Assembly: GCA_018825965.1 (NCBI GenBank)
Contig: JAHKAA010000051.1
Coordinates: 28,032 to 92,031, forward strand
Reading direction: 5' to 3'
DNA: 64,000 nucleotides
Source: Gammaproteobacteria bacterium
GTDB taxonomy: Bacteria; Pseudomonadota; Gammaproteobacteria; Enterobacterales; Alteromonadaceae
Shown piece by piece: positions 8,333-18,540 of this stretch (its first letter is position 1; each line of letters begins with the position of its first letter). The notes below the pieces were generated by a model, which was not told the origin of the DNA, made no database searches, and saw only the letters and a program-made list of their open reading frames with translations. A program made the translations under genes and the position numbers.

Positions 8333-9172
8333 TCAGTCTAGCTCTACCACAGCCAGCAGTGCTTCATGATCAGAAGGATACAAACCGTTGTATCTTCTGT
8401 TATCCACCTGATAACTGGCGACCTGCAGGTTTTTACTTACAAAAATAAAATCTATGGTTTGGCTGGTATTATTGGGCTCACGGCCAAACCCATTAAAAGT
8501 GCCAACATTTTTGGAAAGCTTATCTTTCGCCACCAAAGCACTGTCATGTAAAACTTTACTTAAAGCCTGATAAGGTGCGCTGTCGGGTTCCACATTAAAG
8601 TCCCCTGTCAGCAGCACTTTGCTCTGCTTGGGTAATTTCTCCACTTCGGCCTTTAGCAACAAGGCACTTTGCAGCTGAGCCTGCTTCCCCATATGGTCAA
8701 AGTGAGTATTCAGAAAATAAAAACTCTGGTTCGATTTCAACTCTTTAAACTGAGTTTTGGTAAAAGTGCGGTTCAGCTTTGCGTCCCAACCTTTTGATAC
8801 CTGGTCCGGCGTTTCAGACAACCATAAAGTTTTTGCTGACAACAGCTGCAGCTTGTCTTTGCGATAGAGCACAGCTGTGCTCTCACCTTTGGTTTTGCCG
8901 TCGTCCCGGCCTTCGCCAAACCATTGATATTGCGGCAACATAGCCACTAAATCATGCACCTGAAACAGTTCTGCTTCCTGCAAGCCAATTAAATCCGGTT
9001 GTTGAGTCTGAATTAAATGCGCCAGTAAAAACTTACGTTCAGGCCAATACTGCGGTGTGCCTTCAGCTTCACATAAACCACAACGAATGTTGTAGCTCAT
9101 TAGTTTTAATGATTCGGCTTGTGCCAATGAAGGAAAGACCAGCGAGGATAAAATAAGCAGCAAAAATTTCAT
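8333..9172 (-). CDS. Endonuclease/exonuclease/phosphatase family protein, secreted
   Basis: MSYNIR, DLIGLQE, NTHFDH, LTGDFN, IDFIFV and PSDH motifs. Confidence 0.9.
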   Translation of the reverse strand: MKFLLLILSSLVFPSLAQAESLKLMSYNIRCGLCEAEGTPQYWPERKFLLAHLIQTQQPDLIGLQEAELFQVHDLVAMLPQYQWFGEGRDDGKTKGESTAVLYRKDKLQLLSAKTLWLSETPDQVSKGWDAKLNRTFTKTQFKELKSNQSFYFLNTHFDHMGKQAQLQSALLLKAEVEKLPKQSKVLLTGDFNVEPDSAPYQALSKVLHDSALVAKDKLSKNVGTFNGFGREPNNTSQTIDFIFVSKNLQVASYQVDNRRYNGLYPSDHEALLAVVELD

Positions 9173-9213
9173 GCAGTTAGCCTGTTCAGGTGAAAGGAAG
9201 CTCTAAAACTACT

Positions 9214-10296
9214 TTAACAACTTTGCCGGATTATTAATTCAGAAGGCATTAGAAGGTCAGCTTCCAGCTCACCTGATAACAGCATACGGGCAGCAGTACG
9301 GCCTTTTTCGTCGCTGTGCTGAGCAATAGTGGTCAGGCTGGGGTAAAAACGTTCAGCTTCTTCAATGCCGTCAAAACCAACCACTACTAAGTCCTGCGGT
9401 ATTTTAATGTCCAGCTCACGCGCTACCGCCATGGCAGCCAAAGCAATACGGTCACTCATACACAACAGCACTTGAGGTCGTGGAAATTGAGTTAAAGCTT
9501 CACGGGCTGCTACTAAAGCAAAATTATGGGTATTCAGCGGAATATGCCAGACCGCATCAGCGGGTAAATCGCGGCCTTGTTCTATAGCAGCGGCTAAATA
9601 ACCGTCCAAACGGCGGCGGGAAATGGCCTGTTCTGTGCTGTACAGCTCGTGTGGCTGAATACGGCACACTCTGTCCGATTCAATTAAACGTAAGCCCAGC
9701 ACCGCCACTTTGCCCTGCATTTTAGCAAAGGCATGTTCGGCAATACGATGGGCTGCAGCGTAGTTATCGACGTTCACCGACACCACATTATCCAGATTGC
9801 AGTCGACTGTGATTAACGGCTTGCCACTTTTAACAATGCGGTTCAGTTGCTCAGGATTGCTGGGCGCACCATACAAAATAAAACCATCGGGCACGGCTTC
9901 AGCACTGCTGCTGCTGGTGTTATGCCGGCCGGATAACAACAGCATATCCATGCCATGTTCCTGCAATACTTCAGCCACACCTTTGATAAATTGGTTGGCA
10001 ACAGGGTCGCTGACCGAATACTCCAGGGTGTCTGACAATAAAACTGCCACTATGCCAGAGCGGCCAGTGCGTAAACTGCGGGCTGCGGCATTAGGGCCGT
10101 CGTAGCCCAATTCAGTGCATTGCTGCAAAATACGCTGGCGTAATTCAGGGGAAAGTTGATCAGGTCTGTTATAGGCATTGGAAACAGTAGCGACTGAAAC
10201 CCCCAGATAAGAAGCCACGGTTTTCAGATTTAATTTTTTTGGTTTTTCTATTGCCGACACAGCTATAACACCCTGTTTTAGTTCAGGCTTTATCAT
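9214..10296 (-). CDS. LacI-family transcriptional regulator (maltose-regulator-like)
   Basis: HTH LKTVASYLGVSVATVSNAYNRPDQLS, hinge AARSLRTGRS and IPQDLVVVGFD. Start may be slightly downstream. Confidence 0.9.
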   Translation of the reverse strand: MIKPELKQGVIAVSAIEKPKKLNLKTVASYLGVSVATVSNAYNRPDQLSPELRQRILQQCTELGYDGPNAAARSLRTGRSGIVAVLLSDTLEYSVSDPVANQFIKGVAEVLQEHGMDMLLLSGRHNTSSSSAEAVPDGFILYGAPSNPEQLNRIVKSGKPLITVDCNLDNVVSVNVDNYAAAHRIAEHAFAKMQGKVAVLGLRLIESDRVCRIQPHELYSTEQAISRRRLDGYLAAAIEQGRDLPADAVWHIPLNTHNFALVAAREALTQFPRPQVLLCMSDRIALAAMAVARELDIKIPQDLVVVGFDGIEEAERFYPSLTTIAQHSDEKGRTAARMLLSGELEADLLMPSELIIRQSC

Positions 10297-11594
10297 GCCT
10301 GTTCAGTCACAGAATTGCCAGCGCCAGAGGCAGGCAGCAGAAGACTGACCAATAAGCCCGCGCCCTGATTTTGCAGGCTTAAACTGCCGCCATGCGCTTC
10401 GGCTATATCACGGCACAAAGTTAAACCTATGCCAGAGCCATTTTCCTTACTGGTATAAAAAGGCACCATGGCATGAGTCAGAGCTTCGTTTGTCATGCCC
10501 CCGCCTGCATCCTGAATACGGATCAGCAGTTGATCCGGCAATTCGGTAAAACTCAATTGAATTTGCTCGGGCCTGGAGCCTGATTCGTGGGCGTTTTTCA
10601 ACAGGTTTAATAGCAGCTGTGATAACTGCAATGAGTCTGCTAACCAACTACGCTGTGGTAAATCGCCTTCCAGCTCAAACTCGTATTGATCCTGCAACTG
10701 ATTAATCAGCCTGGCCCAGTGCACTGGTGCTAAAACAGGAGTGGGTAATTTAGCAAACTGAATATAAGACTGTAAAAACTGATTCAGATGCTGCTGGCGT
10801 TCACTAATAGTCTGGAAAATTTGTTGCAGCTGCTTATGTTGCAGTTCGGTTGCCACTAACTGGCCTGAGTAAGCTAATGAGGATAAAGGTGCCAGCGTAT
10901 TATTCAGTTCATGCCCTATCACCCGCAGCAGTTTTTTCCACGCTTTCACTTCTTCCCTATGGATTTCGCGGGTCATAGGTTTTAACAGATACAGCTGATG
11001 TGATTTTTGGTTCAGCGAAAAAAAGCTGACCGACAAATGCCAAATCGATGCGGGTTCGCCCAGATACAACAAACCTTGTTGTCCATTTTCAATAGCCAAA
11101 GCCAGCTCAGGTAACTCTGCTGTTAACTCTGAAAACAACAGACCTTCAAACTTACGGCCCTGATGCAGCAATACCCGGGCCGCCGGATTGCTCATCAAAA
11201 CCCGACCGGTTTGGTCTGTTAACACCATAGCACTGGGGCTGGATTGCAGAACTGTATCCAGCAGCAGTTCGCGCTGATACAAAGTGGCGCGTTCTTGCCG
11301 CAATTGCGCTGACATTTGCTGCAATACTTCGGCTAAAGGTGTGAGTTCACGTAAAAGATGGCGGTTGGCATCGACGTTAAAACTGCCGTCCTGCAAGTTC
11401 TGGGCATGTAAATTCAGTGCTTCAATTTCCTGTAGCAGCGGTTTAAGTGCCCAGTGCAAGACGAAGATGATGAGCAGATCAAACCCAAAAAAAAGCCCAT
11501 ACCAGAGCGGTTCAGCCTTCAGATAAGACAACAACAAAAAAGCCGGCACCAGTAAGGCCAGCACCAGCAGATATAAACGCCGGATCAGCTGCAT
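10293..11594 (-). CDS. Sensor histidine kinase (PAS, NtrY/NtrB-like)
   Basis: Two N-terminal TM helices, H-box GHELNNTL, N-box NLLKNAHES and G-boxes DAGGG / GSGIGL. Confidence 0.9.
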   Translation of the reverse strand: MQLIRRLYLLVLALLVPAFLLLSYLKAEPLWYGLFFGFDLLIIFVLHWALKPLLQEIEALNLHAQNLQDGSFNVDANRHLLRELTPLAEVLQQMSAQLRQERATLYQRELLLDTVLQSSPSAMVLTDQTGRVLMSNPAARVLLHQGRKFEGLLFSELTAELPELALAIENGQQGLLYLGEPASIWHLSVSFFSLNQKSHQLYLLKPMTREIHREEVKAWKKLLRVIGHELNNTLAPLSSLAYSGQLVATELQHKQLQQIFQTISERQQHLNQFLQSYIQFAKLPTPVLAPVHWARLINQLQDQYEFELEGDLPQRSWLADSLQLSQLLLNLLKNAHESGSRPEQIQLSFTELPDQLLIRIQDAGGGMTNEALTHAMVPFYTSKENGSGIGLTLCRDIAEAHGGSLSLQNQGAGLLVSLLLPASGAGNSVTEQA

Positions 11595-11600
11595 AAGCTC

Positions 11601-12935
11601 TTACACAGGTTCAATGCCATAAAACTCCATTCTCCTGTACAGCGCTTGCCGGCTAATACCCAATTGTTTAGCTGCCCTGGCTACCACACCCTGAGCCTGC
11701 TGCAGCGCCTGTTCTATCTGTTGTTTATCCAAATCATCCAGCGTTTTTTTCGCTGTAGTGTGCTCCGCAGGTAAAGCTAAATCTGCCGCATCAATTTCAT
11801 CTGCTAACGTCAGTAATAAAGCACGCTGACATAAATTTTGCAGCTCACGCACATTGCCAGGCCAGCTATAACTTTGCAGCGCCTGCTCTGCAGCTTTACT
11901 TAAGCTTTTTTGGCCTGCTAAAAAATGCCGCGCCAAAGGCACAATATCATCCACTCTGTCTTTGAGGGCTGGTAAATGCAGCTGTACCACATTGATCCTG
12001 TAATACAAATCCTGGCGGAAATGCCCTGCGTTAATGGCATGGCTTAAATCAGCATTAGTCGCACTGATAATACGCACATCCACTTTGCGGGTTTGACTGG
12101 AGCCTAAACGTTCATACTCTCCGGTTTGCAGCACGCGCAACAATTTCATCTGGCCTGATAACGACAAATTGCCGATTTCATCCAGAAATAAAGTACCACC
12201 ATCTGCAGCTTCAAAGCGACCAATACGGGTTTTAGTCGCGCCGCTGTAGGCACCGGCTTCGGCACCAAAAAGTTCGGCTTCCATTAAATCAGCCGGTAAA
12301 GCGCCCATATTTACTTTAATCAAAGGCTGCTGCTTACGCTTTGAATTGGCATGCAATACCTGAGCTATACCTTCTTTGCCAGAACCATTTTCCCCCGTAA
12401 TCAGCACTGCGGCGTTACTTGGAGCCAGTTGTAATGCCATGTGAAGCAGTTGCTCCATAGCCGTACTGGCAAAAACTAAGCCACATAAATCTTTACCGGC
12501 AAACACACCTAACCTTTCCTGCTGCTTGCGCTCAGCTTTTAAGTTTTGTTCGGTCAGTTGTTTGATTTTTAGTGTGTTGGCGACAGTGGTCAGCAAACGC
12601 TGATCGTCCCAGGGTTTGGCTATATAGTCGGTGGCACCGGCTTTCACCAGTTCCACCACCATATCCAGATGAGTCCAGGCCGTGAGTAATACCACAGGGA
12701 TGGCCGGGTGATCAGAGCGCAGTTGATAAAACAGTTCTTTGCCCTGAACACCACTCATTTCGCCCTGAGCAAAGTTCATGTCCTGTAAAATCAGGTCTAT
12801 AGATTGCTGCTGCAAAATACTTTTGGCGACACCAGGCTGCTGCGCCATAAACACCTGATACCCCTGCAACTGAAACAGGGTCATCAGGGCGGAACAGACC
12901 GCCTCGTTATCATCGATGACCAGTATTTTTTTCAT
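11601..12935 (-). CDS. Sigma54-dependent response regulator (NtrC family)
   Basis: Receiver domain, GENGSGKE, ELFG..GAYSGA, LFLDEIG, WPGNVRELQN and C-terminal Fis HTH. Confidence 0.93.
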   Translation of the reverse strand: MKKILVIDDNEAVCSALMTLFQLQGYQVFMAQQPGVAKSILQQQSIDLILQDMNFAQGEMSGVQGKELFYQLRSDHPAIPVVLLTAWTHLDMVVELVKAGATDYIAKPWDDQRLLTTVANTLKIKQLTEQNLKAERKQQERLGVFAGKDLCGLVFASTAMEQLLHMALQLAPSNAAVLITGENGSGKEGIAQVLHANSKRKQQPLIKVNMGALPADLMEAELFGAEAGAYSGATKTRIGRFEAADGGTLFLDEIGNLSLSGQMKLLRVLQTGEYERLGSSQTRKVDVRIISATNADLSHAINAGHFRQDLYYRINVVQLHLPALKDRVDDIVPLARHFLAGQKSLSKAAEQALQSYSWPGNVRELQNLCQRALLLTLADEIDAADLALPAEHTTAKKTLDDLDKQQIEQALQQAQGVVARAAKQLGISRQALYRRMEFYGIEPV

Positions 12936-12938
12936 TCT

Positions 12939-14120
12939 TTATAAGGTCTTAGTTGCTGTGGCCGGAGATATCCGTGTTGCTATTCTGGCAGGATACCATG
13001 TGGCCAGCGTGACACAAAGCAGCAATAAAACCAGTGTCAGCAGCGGCAACCAGACTGGTACTGCAGGTATGCTAATCACCTTAGCCAGACTGATGTTTAA
13101 ACCGTAACAGACAAGAATACCAAAACCTGCCCCTATGGCTGTGGTCAGCCAGCTTTCACTTAATACATCCAATAAAACACGGGCTTTACTGGCCCCCAAA
13201 GCCCGTTTAATACCCACTTCTTTTTGCATTTGCAGCGCATGGAAATGGGCGTGGCTGTAAGCAGAAATCATAGCAACCAGTAGCATCAGACCACTTAACA
13301 CTGCCAATAAAGTGGCTAAACCTATTTCAGAACGGAATACGTCGTCACGGTTTTCATCCATCCGCAGCACAGTACCTATATCCATTTGGGGTTCTGCATT
13401 TCTGATCACATCTGTTAATTGCTTGCGTACAGCTTCAGATTGACCCTGTGCCACTCTGACAATGAGCTGATAACCTTGTTCAGCTCTGTGAAGAGGGCCC
13501 AATACAATCTGACCATAAAATGGATGACTGGCATAACGCTGTGAATAAAAGTCTGACACCACTCCAACCACAGTGCCATTGTTGGTCACTTTACCTACCG
13601 GGTTTTGTTCGGCAAACAACTGCTTCGCCAGTTTTTCAGTCAACACTATATTAAGTGCACCTCTGTCCAGTTCAGTCAACAAACGGCCTGTGATCAGTCT
13701 GACGTCCAGCACCTGAAAAATCTGTTCTGAGCTGTTGTAATAAGGCACTGAATCGACATTGGTTTCATCCTGGCGGTCCACCTCAAAAATATTCCAGTTT
13801 GATCCCCCTTGCCTTAATGGAATTTGATTGGCATACACTGCTGCTTCAACTCCGGAAATTTGCCGTACAGCAGCCAGTTGTCTGTTGATAACTTCAGACA
13901 AAGCTGGCTCCAGTCGCAATGCTTTGCTGGTTGGCTTGACCCAGACTGTCAGAATTTGTTCCAGTGACAAACCTGTTGGTTGATCCACCAGTTCTTTAGC
14001 AGCACTTGCCAACAATAAGGAGTTCACCACTAATCCTAAAGTGACGGCCAATTGCAGTAACAACAAAGCGGTAACCACTTTGCGGCGCAATAAGGATTTA
14101 ATAATTAAAAATACAGACAT
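12939..14120 (-). CDS. ABC transporter permease (MacB/FtsX-like)
   Basis: N-terminal TM, large periplasmic domain, KEVGIKRALGAS and YPARIATRISP. Confidence 0.88.
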   Translation of the reverse strand: MSVFLIIKSLLRRKVVTALLLLQLAVTLGLVVNSLLLASAAKELVDQPTGLSLEQILTVWVKPTSKALRLEPALSEVINRQLAAVRQISGVEAAVYANQIPLRQGGSNWNIFEVDRQDETNVDSVPYYNSSEQIFQVLDVRLITGRLLTELDRGALNIVLTEKLAKQLFAEQNPVGKVTNNGTVVGVVSDFYSQRYASHPFYGQIVLGPLHRAEQGYQLIVRVAQGQSEAVRKQLTDVIRNAEPQMDIGTVLRMDENRDDVFRSEIGLATLLAVLSGLMLLVAMISAYSHAHFHALQMQKEVGIKRALGASKARVLLDVLSESWLTTAIGAGFGILVCYGLNISLAKVISIPAVPVWLPLLTLVLLLLCVTLATWYPARIATRISPATATKTL

Positions 14121-14130
14121 GATGAGCTCC

Positions 14131-15447
14131 TTATTGCTTTAACTGCTGATTCAGCGGGCTGAATGAAGTTTTTAATGCCGGGTACAAAGTGACCAGGTAG
14201 CTGACCAGCACCACAAACAACGCCATTACCCCTAACATCTGCCAATCCCAACTGGCTAAAGCGCGGGTGCCTGGTAATAACGAGTTAATAGTCCACAAGC
14301 CCAGCTGTGCAAATACCAAAGCAGCAGCAAAAGCGAGCACAGAACTTAGCAGCACATCGGCCATAATCTGGCTTTGCAGCTGCCAGCGGCTGGCACCTAA
14401 AGCACGGCGTAAGCTAAATTCATACTGATTGGCCATATAACGGTTCAGCGACAAGTGGCTGGCGTTCACCACACAAACCAGCAGAAATAATGAAGCCACT
14501 AAAGCAAAAGCATCCAGTTGATCATTAGTAGCACGCATCGCTTTTTGTATATCCAGAATATTGTCCAGCTTATTGCCTTCAGGCCGGGGATGACGACCTG
14601 CAGCTTTTTCATCCTGTACCAGATTTTTCAGAAACTGCTGGTACTGCTGCACTTTTTCCGGGCTATCCAATTGCACCCAAAATTGCAGCATATTGGCAAA
14701 ATTAGTTCTGGCCATTTGTGGGTAAGTGGCCATATTGCCGTCCCAATCGACATCTGTGAATGAATTTTGAGTATTAGACTGAATAGCTAAATCGTAAGCG
14801 GTTTCCAACGGAATATAGATATCTTCAGCAGGTTCAGCAGAACGACGACCATTGACATCATATAAACGTGGCAACATGCTCCAGTCATCCAGCACCCCTA
14901 TAACTTTATACAACTTGTCATCAAGCAGCATGTCTTGCCCTACCACGTCGGTACGGCTAAAAAACTTAATGGCGGTATTTTTGCTAATCACCACTTCCAT
15001 TCTGGCTTTATTATCCGGCCAGGTTTCGCCCTGTAAAAAAGGCACATTAAATAACTTAAAAAAGTCGCGTTGGGTCACCCGCAGTTCCACCTGACTGGGT
15101 GTAGCCTGCTGGTTTTCCAAAGTTTTGGCATAAGCGTTGCTGGAAAACATCGCAGCTTCGGCTGAGGTAATACCGCTGCCACTCATTTTTTGTACATCCA
15201 TATAACTTATCACTCTGGGTGGCTCAAAACAGTCGGTGCAATCACCAGGCAAGGAGTTAAGCCTCGCCATAAACAGCGTCTGGCTTTTTTCTGGTATTGG
15301 ATCGCGATTCATCCAGTAATACAAAGTGGCGTTACTGAAAAAGGTACCTAAACCTAAACTTAAAATCAGTAAGGTTAAGGCATAAGGTAAAGGGGCTCTT
15401 TGAATACTGTGCCAGCTTAGCTTCAGATTATGAATTAAGGTTTCCAT
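14131..15447 (-). CDS. ABC transporter permease (MacB/FtsX-like)
   Basis: EFSLRRALGASR motif, three C-terminal TMs and YPALK. Confidence 0.88.
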   Translation of the reverse strand: METLIHNLKLSWHSIQRAPLPYALTLLILSLGLGTFFSNATLYYWMNRDPIPEKSQTLFMARLNSLPGDCTDCFEPPRVISYMDVQKMSGSGITSAEAAMFSSNAYAKTLENQQATPSQVELRVTQRDFFKLFNVPFLQGETWPDNKARMEVVISKNTAIKFFSRTDVVGQDMLLDDKLYKVIGVLDDWSMLPRLYDVNGRRSAEPAEDIYIPLETAYDLAIQSNTQNSFTDVDWDGNMATYPQMARTNFANMLQFWVQLDSPEKVQQYQQFLKNLVQDEKAAGRHPRPEGNKLDNILDIQKAMRATNDQLDAFALVASLFLLVCVVNASHLSLNRYMANQYEFSLRRALGASRWQLQSQIMADVLLSSVLAFAAALVFAQLGLWTINSLLPGTRALASWDWQMLGVMALFVVLVSYLVTLYPALKTSFSPLNQQLKQ

Positions 15448-15448
15448 C

Positions 15449-16144
15449 TTAAGCTCCTGCTGCTAAAGGTTCGTACATACTGGAGTCATTGAGCTGACCG
15501 TCCACAATTTGGATATGTCGATTGGCACGACGGGCCTGATCCGGATCGTGCGTCACCATTAATATGGTGCAGCCTTGCTGGTTAATTTTTTCCAGCAGCT
15601 CCATCACCTGACGAGCCATTAACGAGTCCAGGTTTCCTGTAGGTTCATCCGCCAGCAAAATACGGGGTTCACCAGCAATAGCACGGGCTATAGCCACACG
15701 CTGTTGCTGACCACCAGAAAGCTGACTTGGGTGATAATCACGGCGCGCAGCTAAGCCTACAGTTTCCAGCGCTTGTTCAACGCGGCGTTTACGCTCAGTT
15801 GAACTAAAACCACGATAACGCAGTGGCAGCTCGATGTTATCGAATAAACTGAAATCTTTAATCAGGTTAAACCCCTGAAAAATAAAACCTATTTTTTCGT
15901 TTCTGAGCGCTGACAATTCACGGTCCGACAAGCCTTTGACAGAACGTCCATCCAGCAAATAATCGCCCTGATCAAAACTTTCCAAAGTACCAAGCACGTT
16001 CAATAAAGTGGACTTACCAGAACCTGATGGGCCTGTTAAAGCGGCAAATTCGCCTTCATTCACTTGCAGGTTAATTTGTCTGAGTGCATGAGTTTCAATT
16101 AAATCGGTTCGGAAAATTTTGCTTAAGTTATTAATTTTAATCAT
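15449..16144 (-). CDS. ABC transporter ATP-binding protein (LolD/MacB-like)
   Basis: GPSGSGKST, LSGGQQQRVAIARA, LADEPTGNLD and VTHD motifs. Confidence 0.95.
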   Translation of the reverse strand: MIKINNLSKIFRTDLIETHALRQINLQVNEGEFAALTGPSGSGKSTLLNVLGTLESFDQGDYLLDGRSVKGLSDRELSALRNEKIGFIFQGFNLIKDFSLFDNIELPLRYRGFSSTERKRRVEQALETVGLAARRDYHPSQLSGGQQQRVAIARAIAGEPRILLADEPTGNLDSLMARQVMELLEKINQQGCTILMVTHDPDQARRANRHIQIVDGQLNDSSMYEPLAAGA

Positions 16145-16188
16145 GGTTTTCTCCTGTAGGGCTCAAGCCCTCAATTCCTGTGAAAGCC

Positions 16189-17457
16189 TTAGTTCAGTTG
16201 AACTTTGTCTTGTTGTTTAAATTCATCCAGATTAGAGATAACCCATTGGTCACCTTCTTTGGCACCTTGTAAAATTTCAACGTACTGCACCGACGATGCA
16301 CCTAACACTATTGCGGTTTTAACAGCCAGATCATTGGTGACCTGATAAGCAATACGGCTGGCACCTGAGCCAACAAAGTCGCCTCTTTTGATGCGAAGTA
16401 CGTCGTCTTTTTGCTCAATAATGACGCGGGCAGATAAACGCTGGTTCTGACGTAAGCTGGTGCTGTCGTTCTGAGAAAAACGCACCCGTGCAGTCACTAA
16501 ATTGTCTTTCACTTCGGGGGCTATATGGCTCAGCTCACCTTTGAGTTGCTGATTGCCTAAATTCACTTCAACCAGCATGCCAACAGCTAAATCGCGGATA
16601 TAACTTTCCTGCACCGAAAGCTCTGCTTCATAGCGGCTTAAATCGATCACTGTTAATAAACCTGTGCCAGCCAGTACATGGCTTTGCTGCTCTGCCAGCC
16701 AGTTGCCCACCTGACCTGTAACTGGTGCTTTAATTTGCAGTGCCGCCAGTTTTCGATCCAGTTCAGCCACAACCAGAGCCTGACGGGCTAAAGCGGACTG
16801 ACCAGACTTTTTTTCAAAACTCAGCTTATCTGAAGCCAAAGCCACCTTACGTTTGGCGTGGTCAAATTCCAGCTCGGCCTGCAACAGATTGTCTTTCGCC
16901 ATGTCGTAATCCAATTGGCGAATGACCCCCATTTTGATCGACTGTTCAGCGCGGGCCAGTTCACGTTTGGCAGCCACCAAATTCACCTGAGCCGTGTTTT
17001 GCACTTGTTCCATATCCAGTTGCAATTCACGGGCTAATAAAGCTGAACGCTCGAAGTCGGATTCCATACTGGCGAGTAAAGCACGTTGTTGCTCCAGCTC
17101 GTTATCCAGAGCAGGGCTTGATATGACAGCCAATAAATCGCCCAATTGCACAGCTTCGCCTGGTTGTTTCAGATACTGCACCTGACCTGCTTCCTGACTA
17201 AATAAAGTAGGAGCATTAGCCGCAACCACCCTGCCCTGCACCGACAAATCACGGGTAAAACTGCCGCGTTCTACGATGGCCAGTTGCACCTGATCTTTGG
17301 GCAGCACTAAGGAAGCCTGAGCAGAGCTGGCCGCCAGCAGGCTATAACTGATATAACAAACACCAGCCATAAACAAAGTGGCCAGCACTGGACGGCGCCA
17401 CTGTCTGGTTTTGTCCGGTTGGATTTGAATATCCTGATTTTCTGTACCCTGGATCAT
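16189..17457 (-). CDS. Periplasmic adaptor (HlyD/MacA-like)
   Basis: ATG at 17457 after GGAG, N-terminal TM, coiled coil and IKAPVTG lipoyl motif. Confidence 0.88.
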   Translation of the reverse strand: MIQGTENQDIQIQPDKTRQWRRPVLATLFMAGVCYISYSLLAASSAQASLVLPKDQVQLAIVERGSFTRDLSVQGRVVAANAPTLFSQEAGQVQYLKQPGEAVQLGDLLAVISSPALDNELEQQRALLASMESDFERSALLARELQLDMEQVQNTAQVNLVAAKRELARAEQSIKMGVIRQLDYDMAKDNLLQAELEFDHAKRKVALASDKLSFEKKSGQSALARQALVVAELDRKLAALQIKAPVTGQVGNWLAEQQSHVLAGTGLLTVIDLSRYEAELSVQESYIRDLAVGMLVEVNLGNQQLKGELSHIAPEVKDNLVTARVRFSQNDSTSLRQNQRLSARVIIEQKDDVLRIKRGDFVGSGASRIAYQVTNDLAVKTAIVLGASSVQYVEILQGAKEGDQWVISNLDEFKQQDKVQLN

Positions 17458-17489
17458 CTTTGTTCTCCGCATTCTGATTAACCAGATAT

Positions 17490-17505
17490 AGCAGGGACTG
17501 TGCCA
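17490..17505 (-). promoter_or_regulatory. Sigma54 (-24/-12) promoter of the adaptor-ABC-TCS operon
   Basis: Minus strand reads TGGCAC-AGTCC-CTGCT, matching TGGCAC-N5-TTGC, 33 bp upstream of the start codon. The operon encodes an NtrC-family activator. Confidence 0.75.
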
Positions 17506-17571
17506 AGACAGAAAAACTACATAAACCATTGTTTTAAATAAAAAATATTAAAACACACTGAATACAAAAAA

Positions 17572-17622
17572 CTGTCCGCGGACAGAAAAAGTGTCCGCAA
17601 CAACCAAGCGGACAGCGGACAT
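17572..17622. promoter_or_regulatory. Probable upstream activator sites (TGTCCGC/GCGGACA repeats)
   Basis: Perfect palindrome CTGTCCGCGGACAG at 17572-17585, plus GTGTCCGC...GCGGACA-GCGGACA, about 70-115 bp upstream of the sigma54 promoter. Confidence 0.6.
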
Positions 17623-17642
17623 AAACAAAAGCAGGAGTAAAA

Positions 17643-17939
17643 ATGCATTATTTATTGCAGTATCAAACATCAGCAGATTATCTGGAAAAACGGTTGTTGT
17701 TTCGGGCCGAACATTTGCGACTGGCCTGGTTGGCCGCAGAGCGGGGTGAGTTGGTCTTAGGTGGAGCTGTAGGAGAACCTATCGAGAGCGCCTTGCTGTT
17801 GTTTAAGGTCACAGATCCGGCGCAGGTTCAAGCCTTTGCCGAATCCGATCCTTATGTGATCAACGGTTTAGTCAGCAGCTACCGTATTTTGCCATGGCAT
17901 ACGGTAGTGGGCGAACAAGCCGCAACACCAGTTCGCTAA
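17643..17939 (+). CDS. YciI-like protein
   Basis: AGGAG RBS, R..HL motif, GGA, and A..FAESDPYVINGLV. Confidence 0.85.
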   Translation: MHYLLQYQTSADYLEKRLLFRAEHLRLAWLAAERGELVLGGAVGEPIESALLLFKVTDPAQVQAFAESDPYVINGLVSSYRILPWHTVVGEQAATPVR

Positions 17940-18281
17940 TTATTTTTTCTGCCACTGGCCGTTCAGTTGAATAAACTGACCGGCTTCGGTTTTTTCAATG
18001 GCTTTTTTACCAGCTATGGCTTCAACATCAGACAACTGAATGCCATTTTTTGTCGCCAGTTTCTGATACTCGGCTTTACGGGCCTGGTTGATCAAGTCTG
18101 CTATTTCTTTGGCCTGAGCAGAGGGGCTGACCACACCTAAATAGCCATTAGGTTGCTCGCCGACCAGACCCTGAGTTTTAGCAGGACCTAAAGCGGACAT
18201 AGCTTGCTGTAAGTCCATCGCCAGCAAAGGCAAGCTGATGGCAAACACACTGGATAGCAGTAATTTATGTACAGTTTTCAT
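17940..18281 (-). CDS. ydbL: YdbL family protein (DUF1318)
   Basis: K..GLVGEQPNGYLG, IN..R...Y..LA and G.FIQ..G.W; located downstream of ynbE. Confidence 0.85.
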   Translation of the reverse strand: MKTVHKLLLSSVFAISLPLLAMDLQQAMSALGPAKTQGLVGEQPNGYLGVVSPSAQAKEIADLINQARKAEYQKLATKNGIQLSDVEAIAGKKAIEKTEAGQFIQLNGQWQKK

Positions 18282-18292
18282 TTTGGCTCTCC

Positions 18293-18538
18293 TTAAAATA
18301 AACCACTGGAATCACTGATCAATTCGTCCAGTTCTTTGTCCACTTTAATCAAAATTTCATGCTGAATTTTGACATTCAGATTGATATTAATAGGCTCATT
18401 TGGCATAGCAACTTGCACTGTGGGGGTACAGGCTGCACTGAGCAGCAGTGCCAAACATAGACTTACGGCACCTCCAGGTGCCCTCCCCTGACTGGCAGCC
18501 TGCGGCTGTGAAAATTGTCTATCCTGCTGATATCGCAT
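18293..18538 (-). CDS. ynbE: YnbE family lipoprotein
   Basis: Lipobox SAAC, TPTVQV..P.EPININLNVKIQHEILIKVDKELDEL; real start probably downstream. Confidence 0.85.
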   Translation of the reverse strand: MRYQQDRQFSQPQAASQGRAPGGAVSLCLALLLSAACTPTVQVAMPNEPININLNVKIQHEILIKVDKELDELISDSSGLF

Positions 18539-18540
18539 TC

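Noticed and set aside
17571-17580. CTGTCCGCG shared by the sigma54 enhancer and the left edge of the 193-bp integrase-associated unit
   Set aside because: Only a 9-bp match in different contexts; cannot be distinguished from chance.
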